NCBI GenBank assembly: GCA_963666055.2
Contig: CAXWPH010000015.1
Coordinates: forward strand, 928,001 to 992,000
DNA from: Acidobacteriota bacterium
GTDB taxonomy: Bacteria; Acidobacteriota; UBA890; WLXD01
DNA length: 64,000 bases
Direction: 5' to 3'
Shown here in pieces: positions 18,921 through 28,327 of the stretch; within the stretch, counting starts at the first letter, position 1; every line of letters begins with the position of its first letter. The position numbers were made by a program, and so were the translations under genes. The notes under the pieces are model-generated. The model saw nothing but the letters and a program-made list of their open reading frames with translations. It had not been told where the DNA came from and did not search any database.

Positions 18921-20555
18921 ATGTTCGCCTCATCCGTTCGCCGCAGGTTGGCTTGCGGCCTACTCGTGTTCGCCTTGGCCGCACCTGCCCTTGTGAATGC
19001 AGCGCCGCAGCAGGAGGCCGAGCTCGAGATCAGCCTTCCCGAGGCTGTGCGGCTGGCATTCGAACACAACCTCGACATCCGCATTGTCGGCTACGACCGC
19101 TCCTTGGCCGACGAGCGGGTGACGACTGCCAAGGGCCAGTTCGAGCCGTCGCTATTCTTCGGTATCCCCGGTGCTATCGGCGTTACCCCCTTCCCCACTG
19201 GCGGTGCTTTCGGCGGCAGTGCCGGATTTGGCGGGCTCGGCTACTCCAATCAGCGGTTCCCGGTATCGACACTGCTGGCAGGTGCCGACGTGACCACGCA
19301 GAAGTCGTTTGCGTCGCTGCTCGACTTCCAGCAGCAGCTCGGCTTCGGGTTGCGCTTCGACATTAGCTACGTCGCTTCGAGGACCGACTCGAACAGCATT
19401 TTCAACAGCCTGAATCCGGCCTGGAACAACACCGTGGCGGTCAGCTTCGTACAGCCGTTGTTGAATGGCCGCGGACGTGCGGCCACCGAAGCCCCATTGC
19501 TGTTGGCTCGCGCCAACACCGCTGTCAGTCGCGCCTCGTTCGTGGCACAGGTCGAGCAGGTGCTGTTGCAGGTAGAGCGCGCCTACTGGGAGTTGGTGTT
19601 CGCCGAGCGCGATCTCGAGGTGAAGCAGTCTTCTCGACAACTGGCATTGGAACAGCTCGAGCGCACGCGGGCGCAGGTCGAGGTGGGCTTGATCGCGCCG
19701 GTCGAGGCGACTCAGGCTGAGGTGCAGGTTGCGGGCCGGGAGACCGACCTCATCGTGGCGCGCAACACGCTCGACAACAGCCGCGATGCGCTACGTGCGC
19801 TACTACGAGCCGATCGTCTACCGGCCGGCTGGGATACGCAGCTCATCGCCACCGAAGAGCCCACCGTGGTAGCCATCGAGATCGACGTCAACGCAGCGAT
19901 TCAGCAGGCCCGGGAACGCCGTGCTGAGCTTGCCGGGGCGCAGGCCACCATCAACGCGCGTCAGGTAGAAGTGAAGGCGACCCGCAACGCGCTGTTGCCG
20001 AAGTTCGATCTCATTGGACAGATTTCAGCCAACGGAATCGGCGGTGACCTCCTAGTCCGCGAGGGATTCTTCGGCGGCGAGGTGATCGAGACCATTCCCG
20101 GGGGCTACAGCGACGCGGTCAAAGAGCTGTTCGGGCTCGACTTCGCAAGCTGGAGCGCCGGGTTCAACATCACGATACCGCTGGGAAACAGCACCGCCGA
20201 GGGCAACTACGCGCAGGCGACGCTGAACGAAGACCGAGCGCGCACCGAGCGACTCCGTACCGAGCAGCAGGTTGTGCTGGAGGTGCGACAGGCCGTCCGA
20301 GGAGTGCGTGCCGCGTTCGAAGCGGTGGAGTCGACCGGCAAGACGCGCGAGCTTGCAGAGGAGCAGCTGCGCATAGAGACAGACCGGTTCGGCGTCGGAA
20401 TGTCGACGAACTTCGAGGTGTTGCAGTTCCAGGACCAGCTTGCCGTGTCACGCTCACAGGAGCTCCGTGCTCGCATCGAGCACGCACGGGCGACGGCGGA
20501 ACTGGCGCGCGCCACCGGCACGCTGCTCGACAAGTACGGCATCCGTATCCGGTAG
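18921..20555 (+). CDS. TolC family outer membrane efflux protein
   Basis: SLPEAVRLAFEHN, QPLL, VERAYWEL, two-repeat OEP architecture. Confidence 0.9.
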   Translation: MFASSVRRRLACGLLVFALAAPALVNAAPQQEAELEISLPEAVRLAFEHNLDIRIVGYDRSLADERVTTAKGQFEPSLFFGIPGAIGVTPFPTGGAFGGSAGFGGLGYSNQRFPVSTLLAGADVTTQKSFASLLDFQQQLGFGLRFDISYVASRTDSNSIFNSLNPAWNNTVAVSFVQPLLNGRGRAATEAPLLLARANTAVSRASFVAQVEQVLLQVERAYWELVFAERDLEVKQSSRQLALEQLERTRAQVEVGLIAPVEATQAEVQVAGRETDLIVARNTLDNSRDALRALLRADRLPAGWDTQLIATEEPTVVAIEIDVNAAIQQARERRAELAGAQATINARQVEVKATRNALLPKFDLIGQISANGIGGDLLVREGFFGGEVIETIPGGYSDAVKELFGLDFASWSAGFNITIPLGNSTAEGNYAQATLNEDRARTERLRTEQQVVLEVRQAVRGVRAAFEAVESTGKTRELAEEQLRIETDRFGVGMSTNFEVLQFQDQLAVSRSQELRARIEHARATAELARATGTLLDKYGIRIR

Positions 20556-20576
20556 ACTCGGCCGAAGCGGAGGCAC

Positions 20577-21470
20577 ATGACTTCGATGATCCGGGGTGCG
20601 CGGACTCACCGCGGCGGCCTCGATGCCGTGCGTCGCTCCCGCACCTGGGCGGCGTTCATTAAGGTCGAGCACACGCTGTTCTCGCTGCCGATGCTGGTCG
20701 CAGGCGCCCTGCTGGCGAGCGGTGGTCAGCCGGCGTGGCGACCGCTGGGTTGGGCGGTGGTCGCTGGCATTGGCGCGCGCACCTTGGCGATGTCGCTCAA
20801 TCGGCTGATCGACCGTCGCCTCGATGCCGCCAACCCGCGTACACGGGGCCGCGAGTTGCCGAGCGGTAACATGAGCGTCGCAGAAGGCTGGGTGATCGCC
20901 GGCGTCGGCCTGGCAATCTATCTGGTCGCGTGCGCCCGCTTGCCGCCCTTGTGCCTGTGGCTTTCGCCGGTACCGGTGGTGGTGTTCGTGGGCTACCCGT
21001 ACTTGAAACGCGTCACGCCCCTGGCGCACTTCGGGGTCGGCCTGGCACTGGCGCTCGCCCCCCTGGGTGGCCATGTAGCGGTCGCCGGCACTTTGCAGGC
21101 GGCTGCGCCCGCCCTGCTCCTGGCGCTGTTCACCCTGCTCTGGGTTGCGGGGTTCGACATCATTTACGCCACCCTCGACGAGGTCTTCGATCGTGGCGCT
21201 GGGCTCCATAGCCTTCCCAGTCGCTTCGGCAGCGTGGCGGCGCTACGGTTTTCGGCAGCGACGCATACGGTTGCGGTCGGAGCACTGGGGGTGCTGTACT
21301 TCGGCTATCTCGGCGGCGTTGCGTCGGCGGCGTTGCTGGCCGCCGTAGCGATCTTGTTGGCGGCGGAGCAGCGGTTGGCCGACCGCGTGAGCCTGGCGTT
21401 CTTCCAGATCAATATTGTTGTCGGGTTCGTCGTCCTGGCGTTCGTAATCGTCGGACTCGCAGGAAGCTGA
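20577..21470 (+). CDS. ubiA: UbiA-family prenyltransferase (MqnP-like)
   Basis: IKVEHTLF, NRLIDRRLDAANPRT..RELP, YPYLKR, GFDIIYA. Confidence 0.9.
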   Translation: MTSMIRGARTHRGGLDAVRRSRTWAAFIKVEHTLFSLPMLVAGALLASGGQPAWRPLGWAVVAGIGARTLAMSLNRLIDRRLDAANPRTRGRELPSGNMSVAEGWVIAGVGLAIYLVACARLPPLCLWLSPVPVVVFVGYPYLKRVTPLAHFGVGLALALAPLGGHVAVAGTLQAAAPALLLALFTLLWVAGFDIIYATLDEVFDRGAGLHSLPSRFGSVAALRFSAATHTVAVGALGVLYFGYLGGVASAALLAAVAILLAAEQRLADRVSLAFFQINIVVGFVVLAFVIVGLAGS

Positions 21471-21558
21471 AGAACTCTGGTGAGTCTGATTGCATCTTAC
21501 TTCCCGGACGGGACGCTAAGCACTTGATACGAGACCTCCTAGGCAGCGGCGAGTCAGG

Positions 21559-22140
21559 TTGGTGAGCGCTCGACGGCGGCGCATTCTCGTAGGCATGACC
21601 GGTGCGTCCGGAGCGCCCTACGCGGTGGCCCTGCTGAGACGTGACCTCGGCGAGGCGTACCTGGTGCTCAGTAACTGGGGCCGCATGGTGTTGAAAGAGG
21701 AAACCGGTCTGACCGAGGAGGACCTGCGTCCGCTGGTACGGCGGATCTTCTCGGACAAGGATCTCGCCAACGCCTTCGCGTCGGGCTCCAACGCATTCGA
21801 CGCCATGGTGGTCATTCCGTGCTCCCTGAGCACCCTGGCGAAGATCGCCAACGGCTTGGCCGACTCGCTGATCACCCGCGCCGCGATGGTGGCGCTGAAG
21901 GAACGCCGCAGGCTGGTGCTGGTGGTCAGGGAGACCCCGTGGCCGACGAACGCGCTGGAGAATGCCGCACGGCTGTCACGTGATGGCGTGATCATCGTGC
22001 CAGCGTCGCCGCCCTTCTACCATCAACCCGCTGATCTCGAGGAGCTCATCGAGCACTTCGTGGACAAGGTCGCGGCCACCCTGGGGGCCGAGACGCCCCG
22101 CGCCTGGCGGTCGGAGCAACTCGAGCCGGAGCCGGAGTAG
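21559..22140 (+). CDS. ubiX: UbiX flavin prenyltransferase
   Basis: GMTGASG, ASGS, PCS, LKERRRLVLVVRETP. Confidence 0.93.
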   Translation: MVSARRRRILVGMTGASGAPYAVALLRRDLGEAYLVLSNWGRMVLKEETGLTEEDLRPLVRRIFSDKDLANAFASGSNAFDAMVVIPCSLSTLAKIANGLADSLITRAAMVALKERRRLVLVVRETPWPTNALENAARLSRDGVIIVPASPPFYHQPADLEELIEHFVDKVAATLGAETPRAWRSEQLEPEPE

Positions 22141-24023
22141 TGAGCTTCACGGACCTACGCGGTTTCCTCGACACACTCGAGCGGGCCGGTGAGCTGCGGC
22201 GCGTTCAGGCGAGCGTTGACGCACGTCTCGAGATTACCGCCATCGCCGACCGGGTAGTCAAGGAAGGTGGCCCCGCGTTGTTGTTCGAGAACGTCAAGGG
22301 CGCCAAGCACCCGTTGCTGATCAATTCGCTGGGGACAGAGCGGCGCATCCAGCTCGCTCTCGGGCGGCCGGCCGATGAGATCGGCGCGATGCTGTTGGCT
22401 ACCGCCGAGGGACTCAACCCGCCGTCGCTGAATGCCGTCTGGCAGCTGCGCTCCAACTTGATGCAGTTGCTGCCAATGCGGACGCGGCGCGTCCGCCGAG
22501 GGCCGTGCCAGGAGGTGGTCGAGGCGCCCGACCTGGACCAGTTTCCAGTGCAGACCTGTTGGCCGGACGACGGCGGCCCCTTCATCACATTCGGCTTGGT
22601 GATCACCCGCGACCCGCTGACCGGCGAGCGCAACATGGGCATCTATCGTCTCCAAGTTCACGATAGCGACCTCACCGGAATGCACTGGCAAATCACCAAG
22701 GGCGGCGGGTTCCACTACGCGCGTGCCGAAGAGTTGGGCCAGTCGCTTCCGGTAGCAGTGGTGATCGGGGCGGACCCGGCGCTGCTGCTGTCGGCGGTCG
22801 CCGCCTTGCCGGAGGGCATGGATGAGATCGCCTTCTCCGGCATCCTGCGAGGTGCACCGTGCCCGATGGTGCGGTGCTCGAGCATCGACCTGGAGGTGCC
22901 GGCCAACGCCGAGATCGTGCTCGAGGGCGAGGTGGTCCCGGGCGAACGGCGGCTCGAAGGCCCGTTCGGCGATCACTTCGGCCACTACTCGCACGCGGCG
23001 CCGTTTCCGGTGTTCAAGGTGCGGCGCGTCACCCGCCGCCGCCGGCCCATTTACCTGTCGGCGGTCGTTGGGTTGCCGCCCCAGGAGGACAAGTTCATCG
23101 GCAACGCCACCCAGGACATCCTCGGGCCGCTCATCAAGCTCATCCACCATGAGATCGTCGATCTGTGGGCCTACTTCGAAGCCGGCTTCCACAACCTGCT
23201 GGTGGTCTCGGTGCGTCAGCGCTTTTACAAGGAGGCGGTGAAAACCGCCCTCGCACTGATGGGTACGGGACAACTGGCGCTGACCAAATGCCTTGTGCTT
23301 GTCGACGAGGGGGTGCCGGTACGCGATTTCAGCGCCGTCCTGCGTGCCGTGCGGGCCAACTTCGAGCCCGAGAGAGACTTCCTGCTCCTGCCCGGCGTGC
23401 CGCTCGATACGCTCGACTTCACCAGTTACCGAATGAACCTTGGTAGCAAGATGATTGTCGATGCCACCAGCGGCCCCACGGAAGCGCTGCACGGCGCACC
23501 TGGAGCCGATCATGAGGCCGTCCGGGTGGCGTTGGGCTCCGCCGCCGATGCGCCAGAAATGAGCGCCGCGCTACGCCACCCGACGCGATACTCCGGCGGC
23601 TCCGCCGAGCCGGCGTCGGGTCGCGGCGATCGTATCGCCGATCCGCGTGCCATTGACAGGCGCGTAACGGCGTACCGGGTGCTGGAGGATTCGCTCATGC
23701 TGGTACAGGTAAGCGCCGAGGGTCGCGCCGTCGTCGAGCGGCTCGTCGATGTCGATCTGGGCCCGGTTCGGATTGTTGCCGCGCTCAGCGACGACGTCGA
23801 CCTGGACGATCCCGACCAGCGGCTCTGGGGACTGTTTACCCGCTTCGATTGCGCCCGCGATGTTGTCTTTGAGCGCACCGAATGTCGCGGCCCATGGACT
23901 ACCTGCTACGGGACGATGGGCATCGACGCGACCTTCAAACCAGGCTACCCGGATCGGCTCGTGATGCCGGACGAGTTGCTCGACCAGGTGAGCCGCAGAT
24001 GGGCAGAATACGGGCTAGACTAG
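22140..24023 (+). CDS. ubiD: UbiD-family menaquinone biosynthesis decarboxylase (long form)
   Basis: GGPALLFE, RNMGIYR, EGPFGDHFGHY; two C-terminal DAT-containing modules. Confidence 0.93.
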   Translation: MSFTDLRGFLDTLERAGELRRVQASVDARLEITAIADRVVKEGGPALLFENVKGAKHPLLINSLGTERRIQLALGRPADEIGAMLLATAEGLNPPSLNAVWQLRSNLMQLLPMRTRRVRRGPCQEVVEAPDLDQFPVQTCWPDDGGPFITFGLVITRDPLTGERNMGIYRLQVHDSDLTGMHWQITKGGGFHYARAEELGQSLPVAVVIGADPALLLSAVAALPEGMDEIAFSGILRGAPCPMVRCSSIDLEVPANAEIVLEGEVVPGERRLEGPFGDHFGHYSHAAPFPVFKVRRVTRRRRPIYLSAVVGLPPQEDKFIGNATQDILGPLIKLIHHEIVDLWAYFEAGFHNLLVVSVRQRFYKEAVKTALALMGTGQLALTKCLVLVDEGVPVRDFSAVLRAVRANFEPERDFLLLPGVPLDTLDFTSYRMNLGSKMIVDATSGPTEALHGAPGADHEAVRVALGSAADAPEMSAALRHPTRYSGGSAEPASGRGDRIADPRAIDRRVTAYRVLEDSLMLVQVSAEGRAVVERLVDVDLGPVRIVAALSDDVDLDDPDQRLWGLFTRFDCARDVVFERTECRGPWTTCYGTMGIDATFKPGYPDRLVMPDELLDQVSRRWAEYGLD

Positions 24024-24092
24024 CAGGCTGCCCTGCATCTGAGCCCAGCTCGCCGTAACCAGGCCCCTCACACTTCCATCACGGCCTGCTAG
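24020..24092 (+). mobile_element. CTAG-bounded MITE-like element (copy A) between ubiD and mqnE
   Basis: CTAG-CAGGCTG...CGGCCTG-CTAG terminal inverted repeat; homologous to 39664-39732. Confidence 0.65.
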
Positions 24093-24116
24093 GCTCCTTC
24101 GGAGCCGACCGCAACG

Positions 24117-25454
24117 ATGAGACGATCGACCGACCGACGCCTTCAACGCGTCGTTGAGAAAGCCGTCGCAGGTGAGCGTCTCGACTTCGACGACGGAATG
24201 GCGATGCTGTCGACCGGCGATGTCGTGGGTCTCGGGCGCATTGCCAACGCCGAAAAGGAGCGTCGCACCGGTGCGTTTGTGGGCTTCGTGCTCAACCGAC
24301 AGATAAACCCTACGAACGTCTGTGTGCTGAGCTGCAAGTTCTGTGACTTCGCTGCCAAGAAGAACGATGATCACGCCTACGAGATGACGTTGGCGCAGAT
24401 TCGCGAGCGGGTCCAGGAGCCCATTCGCGAGGTGCATATCGTCGGTGGACTTCATCCGGATTGGCCGTTCGAGCGTTACCTCGAGGTGTTAGAGACCATC
24501 CGCGAAGCGAACCCCGGAGCCCAGATCAAAGCCTACACCGCTGTCGAGATCGACTTCTTTGCACGCCGCGAGAAGATCTCCGTCGATGAGGTGTTCGACC
24601 GTCTTCAAAAAGCCGGCCTGGTAGCCATGCCCGGTGGTGGCGCCGAGGTGTTCTCGGAGCGCGTTCGTCGCGAGATGTACCGCGACAAGATTGGACACGA
24701 GCGCTGGCTGGAGATCCACGAGATCGCGCACGGTCGGGGGATTCGCACCAACGCCACGCTGCTCTACGGCCACATCGAGACGTATGAAGAGCGCGTCAAC
24801 CACATGCTGCTGCTGCGTGCGCTACAGGACCGTACCGGTGGGTTCTTGAGCTTCATACCCCTGGCCTTCCAGCTCGGATACTCCAACATCGCCGACCGTC
24901 CGGCGTCTGCCCTCGAGGACCTCAGAACGATCGCTGCCGCTCGGCTGCTGCTCGATAACTTCCCGCATATCAAGGCCTACTGGGTGATGCTCGGAGCGGA
25001 AACTGCGTCGATGGCGCTGCAATGGGGTGCTGATGACCTCGACGGTACAATCGGCGAAGAGCTCATTGCCCACGCAGCGCTGGCGAGCAGCCCTGCGGGT
25101 ATGACCACGCAGAAGCTCACCAAGATGATCCGTGAGGCCGGTCGGGTTCCGGTGCAACGCGATGCGATGTATCGGGTCGTCGCCGTTTATCCGCCACCGG
25201 ACCACACCGCCCACTGGTCGCAGCGCATGGAGATAGCCAACGGTGAACCGATCGCGCTCCGTGGCAAGGTTGCTGAGCCGGTGGCCGTTGACGTCGAGCG
25301 CTATGGGCTGCATACCTGGGACCTGGTCGGAGAGAGCGCCCGCCACGTACGGCGACTGGCCCAGACTCCGCCGACTGTCCAAGCCGCGCCGGAGGTACCT
25401 GCCGACGTATCGCTCGTTGGCGAGTCCGAGGTGAGCGTCGCGAGCTCTCCATGA
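24117..25454 (+). CDS. mqnE: aminofutalosine synthase MqnE (radical SAM) with C-terminal extension
   Basis: NPTNVCVLSCKFCDF, EVHIVGGLHP, MPGGGAEVF, HIKAYW. Confidence 0.92.
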   Translation: MRRSTDRRLQRVVEKAVAGERLDFDDGMAMLSTGDVVGLGRIANAEKERRTGAFVGFVLNRQINPTNVCVLSCKFCDFAAKKNDDHAYEMTLAQIRERVQEPIREVHIVGGLHPDWPFERYLEVLETIREANPGAQIKAYTAVEIDFFARREKISVDEVFDRLQKAGLVAMPGGGAEVFSERVRREMYRDKIGHERWLEIHEIAHGRGIRTNATLLYGHIETYEERVNHMLLLRALQDRTGGFLSFIPLAFQLGYSNIADRPASALEDLRTIAAARLLLDNFPHIKAYWVMLGAETASMALQWGADDLDGTIGEELIAHAALASSPAGMTTQKLTKMIREAGRVPVQRDAMYRVVAVYPPPDHTAHWSQRMEIANGEPIALRGKVAEPVAVDVERYGLHTWDLVGESARHVRRLAQTPPTVQAAPEVPADVSLVGESEVSVASSP

Positions 25455-26308
25455 GTCCACTGAGGGTGGCGCGGATCCCCTACCTCAACTCGGTTCCGTT
25501 CTATCAGCACGTTGATGACGGCACCTTCGATCTGATCGATTTGCCGCCACGCATGCTGGGACAGGCAGCGCGCCGCGGCGAGATTGACGCTGGCATCATG
25601 TCGCTGTGCGATTCTTTCAGGAGTCCGGAGTTCATGACGCTGGGCAGCCTCTGTGTGGCGTGCGATGGGCCGGCCCATTCCGTGTTGCTGTTCTCGTGCG
25701 TATCACCTGATCAGCTCTGCGGCGCGACCATAGCCGTAACGGGACAGACCAGCACCTCGTATCCGCTGCTGCGACTGCTGTTGGAGCGGCGGTACGGCGT
25801 GGGCGCTGTACGCTACGTGCGCCGCGAACACGCTACCGACGAAGACGAAGCGGTTCTATTGATCGGCGATGCGGCACTCAAGGAGGCGGCCTCCGGGGGA
25901 CTCGTACCCGGCGGGCGCGATTACGGTGCGGTGTCCATGAGCCTGACTGGTGGGCGCTGGAGTCAGGCGCTTGATCTGAGTGCCGCGTGGGGACGGTGGC
26001 AGGAGCTGCCGTTCGTGTTCGCGCGGTGGGTGGTTCGACGCGAGGCAACGTCGGCCACGAGCGCCGAGTTGCTCGATTGCCTGGCCGCCTCGCTCGATCA
26101 GAGTCTGCGTGACCTACACCCGCTAGCTGTCGCACACGGCGGTCAGGCTGGGCTAGATGCGGCTGCAGCCTATGCCTACCTGATGGGGTTCACTTATCGG
26201 CTCGGCGCGCCGGAGACCGAGGCGATCGAGCGCTTTCGCGCCTTGCTCTCGGAATCACCCTGGTGGGCGGATCGCCGTCCGGCGCACCGTCCGGAGACCA
26301 CGACGTGA
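25451..26308 (+). CDS. mqnA: chorismate dehydratase MqnA
   Basis: IPYLNSVP, SVLLFS, TSTS, LLIGDAAL, LPFVFARW. Confidence 0.92.
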   Translation: MSPLRVARIPYLNSVPFYQHVDDGTFDLIDLPPRMLGQAARRGEIDAGIMSLCDSFRSPEFMTLGSLCVACDGPAHSVLLFSCVSPDQLCGATIAVTGQTSTSYPLLRLLLERRYGVGAVRYVRREHATDEDEAVLLIGDAALKEAASGGLVPGGRDYGAVSMSLTGGRWSQALDLSAAWGRWQELPFVFARWVVRREATSATSAELLDCLAASLDQSLRDLHPLAVAHGGQAGLDAAAAYAYLMGFTYRLGAPETEAIERFRALLSESPWWADRRPAHRPETTT

Positions 26309-27540
26309 CCACCCCCGGCCTGGTTACCAAGGCCTCCGAAGTGATGCGCGCTTCACGTCGGAAGGCAGCTGGCTTGAGCGACAGCGCGGCCGCCGGTGCT
26401 GCGCCCGGCTGCGTGCTGGGTGATCTGCTGATCGAGGGCACGCGCTCGGTCCGGCCCGAGGAGATTCGCGAGAAGGTCGACGCTGGCGCGCGCATCACTC
26501 CGCAGGAAGGCCTGTGGTTGCTCACGCAGGCACCGTTGGCGGAGCTTGGCGAGCTGGCCAATGTCTGGCGCTACCGGCACAACCCGGAGCGACGCGTAAC
26601 GTTCGTGGTCGACAGCAACCCCAACTACACCAATTTCTGCGATGCCGATTGCCTGTTCTGCGCTTTTTATCGTAAGCCCGGCGATGCCAAGGAGGGCTAC
26701 GCGCAGACGATCGATGAGCTCATGGATACGATCGGAAGGTCGGTCGAGCTTGGCGCGACCACCGTGCTGCTTCAGGGTGGGTTGTACGACGACCTGCCGT
26801 TTTCGTACTACGTCGACGTGACGAGAATATTCCGAGAGCGCTTCCCCGACGTTCATCCGCACCTGTTTTCGGCGCCGGAGATCGGCAAGATGCGCGAGGT
26901 GTCGGGACTCGGCTACGACGATATCTTCCGTGCTCTGAGCGACGCTGGCCTTACAACGATGCCCGGTGGCGGCGCCGAGCTTCTCTCGGACCGGGTGCGC
27001 GCGCGCATTTCTCCCAAGAAGCAGAGCAGCCTCGAGTGGCTCGAAATCCATCGAACTGCACATCGGCAAGGGCTGCGAACAACTGCCACGCTGATGTACG
27101 GGCATGCGGAGCAGCCGGCCGACATTATCGAACACCTGGAGTGTTTGCGCCGCGTACAGGACGACGCTGAAGAAGGGGAGGGGTTCACGGCGTTCATTCC
27201 GTGGTCGTACAAAGCCGTCAACACGCCGATGGAGCGCCAGTTTCCCGATAGCGTGGGGCCGTCCGTGTACCTTCGCGTCCTGGCTCTGGCCCGCCTCTAC
27301 CTCGACAACGTTCGCCACATACAGGCGTCGTGGTTCTCAGAGGGCAAGAAGGCCGGTCAGGTGGCGCTACAGTTCGGGACCGACGACTTCGGCGGTACGC
27401 TGATCGAGGAGAACGTGTTGCACGAAGCGGCGCACGATGTGAGGACTACCACCGAAGAGACCATCGAGCTCATCCGTGAGTCTGGGTTCACACCGGCGCG
27501 CCGGAAGACTCCTCTCTATGATGTGGTCGAGACGTACTGA
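26305..27540 (+). CDS. mqnC: cyclic dehypoxanthine futalosine synthase MqnC (radical SAM)
   Basis: NYTNFCDADCLFCAFYR, LLQGG, FTAFIPW, HIQASW, DFGGTLIEENV. Confidence 0.92.
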   Translation: MTTPGLVTKASEVMRASRRKAAGLSDSAAAGAAPGCVLGDLLIEGTRSVRPEEIREKVDAGARITPQEGLWLLTQAPLAELGELANVWRYRHNPERRVTFVVDSNPNYTNFCDADCLFCAFYRKPGDAKEGYAQTIDELMDTIGRSVELGATTVLLQGGLYDDLPFSYYVDVTRIFRERFPDVHPHLFSAPEIGKMREVSGLGYDDIFRALSDAGLTTMPGGGAELLSDRVRARISPKKQSSLEWLEIHRTAHRQGLRTTATLMYGHAEQPADIIEHLECLRRVQDDAEEGEGFTAFIPWSYKAVNTPMERQFPDSVGPSVYLRVLALARLYLDNVRHIQASWFSEGKKAGQVALQFGTDDFGGTLIEENVLHEAAHDVRTTTEETIELIRESGFTPARRKTPLYDVVETY

Positions 27541-27568
27541 GTCTAAGTTGCGCGGTCGGCGTAGGGCG

Positions 27569-28225
27569 GTGCTCAAGACGCCGGCTGTGCTGTACCCCGG
27601 GCTCGTGTCTGCCCTGCTCGCTGTCGCGGTGTGCGGAGGACGCGATGCGTGGCTACACGACCCGTTGCCGGAGCGCGGCCCGGTGGTTGAACCTGCTCCG
27701 TTGCCGGCGCATGCGCCGCGAGTTCGGTTGACTACCATGGTGGGCGACATCGTCGTGGCGCTGTACGTGGATCGAGCGCCGGTCAGCGTCGCCAACTTCC
27801 TGCGTTATGTCGATGAGGGTTTCTACGACGGCACGATCTTCCACCGCGTCGAGCCGCCGACTGCCCTCCCGGTCATCCAGGCAGGTGGTTACGACGAGGA
27901 TCTGAATGCACGGCCGACGCACGATCCGGTTGCCAGTGAGGCTCACAATGGCCTGGCGAACCTGCGCGGTACGGTGGCGCTTGCCCGTCGCGGAAACGAT
28001 ACCGGCAGCGCCACTTCACAGTTCTTCATCAACTACCTCGACAACCCGAGTCTCGACCACGCCGGGACCGACCACCCGGGTTACACGGTGTTCGGGCTCG
28101 TCGTCGAAGGGATCGAGGCCGTCGATCGGATCGCTCTGGTGCCGACAGCGCCGGAGCCTGGCACGACCCTGGGATACGTGCCAATGGTTCCGCTAGTGAT
28201 CGAGAGCGCACGCCGCGATCCGTAG
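27569..28225 (+). CDS. cyclophilin-type peptidyl-prolyl isomerase
   Basis: APVSVANF, YDGTIFHRV, QAGG, SATSQFFIN, YTVFG. Confidence 0.9.
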   Translation: MLKTPAVLYPGLVSALLAVAVCGGRDAWLHDPLPERGPVVEPAPLPAHAPRVRLTTMVGDIVVALYVDRAPVSVANFLRYVDEGFYDGTIFHRVEPPTALPVIQAGGYDEDLNARPTHDPVASEAHNGLANLRGTVALARRGNDTGSATSQFFINYLDNPSLDHAGTDHPGYTVFGLVVEGIEAVDRIALVPTAPEPGTTLGYVPMVPLVIESARRDP

Positions 28226-28327
28226 CCCCGTTACCGGTCTTCGATGCGCGACGCCCGAAGTCTGGCGCCAGGTAGTGGCAGCGCGGAGAGAGTCTCCAGA
28301 GAAAACGCGCTTGCCGACAAGCAGGCG

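Noticed and set aside
22155-23513. Long antisense ORFs (e.g. 452 aa opposite ubiD, 362 aa opposite the kinase, 399 aa opposite ompA)
   Set aside because: Typical shadow frames of high-GC coding DNA with no recognisable motifs
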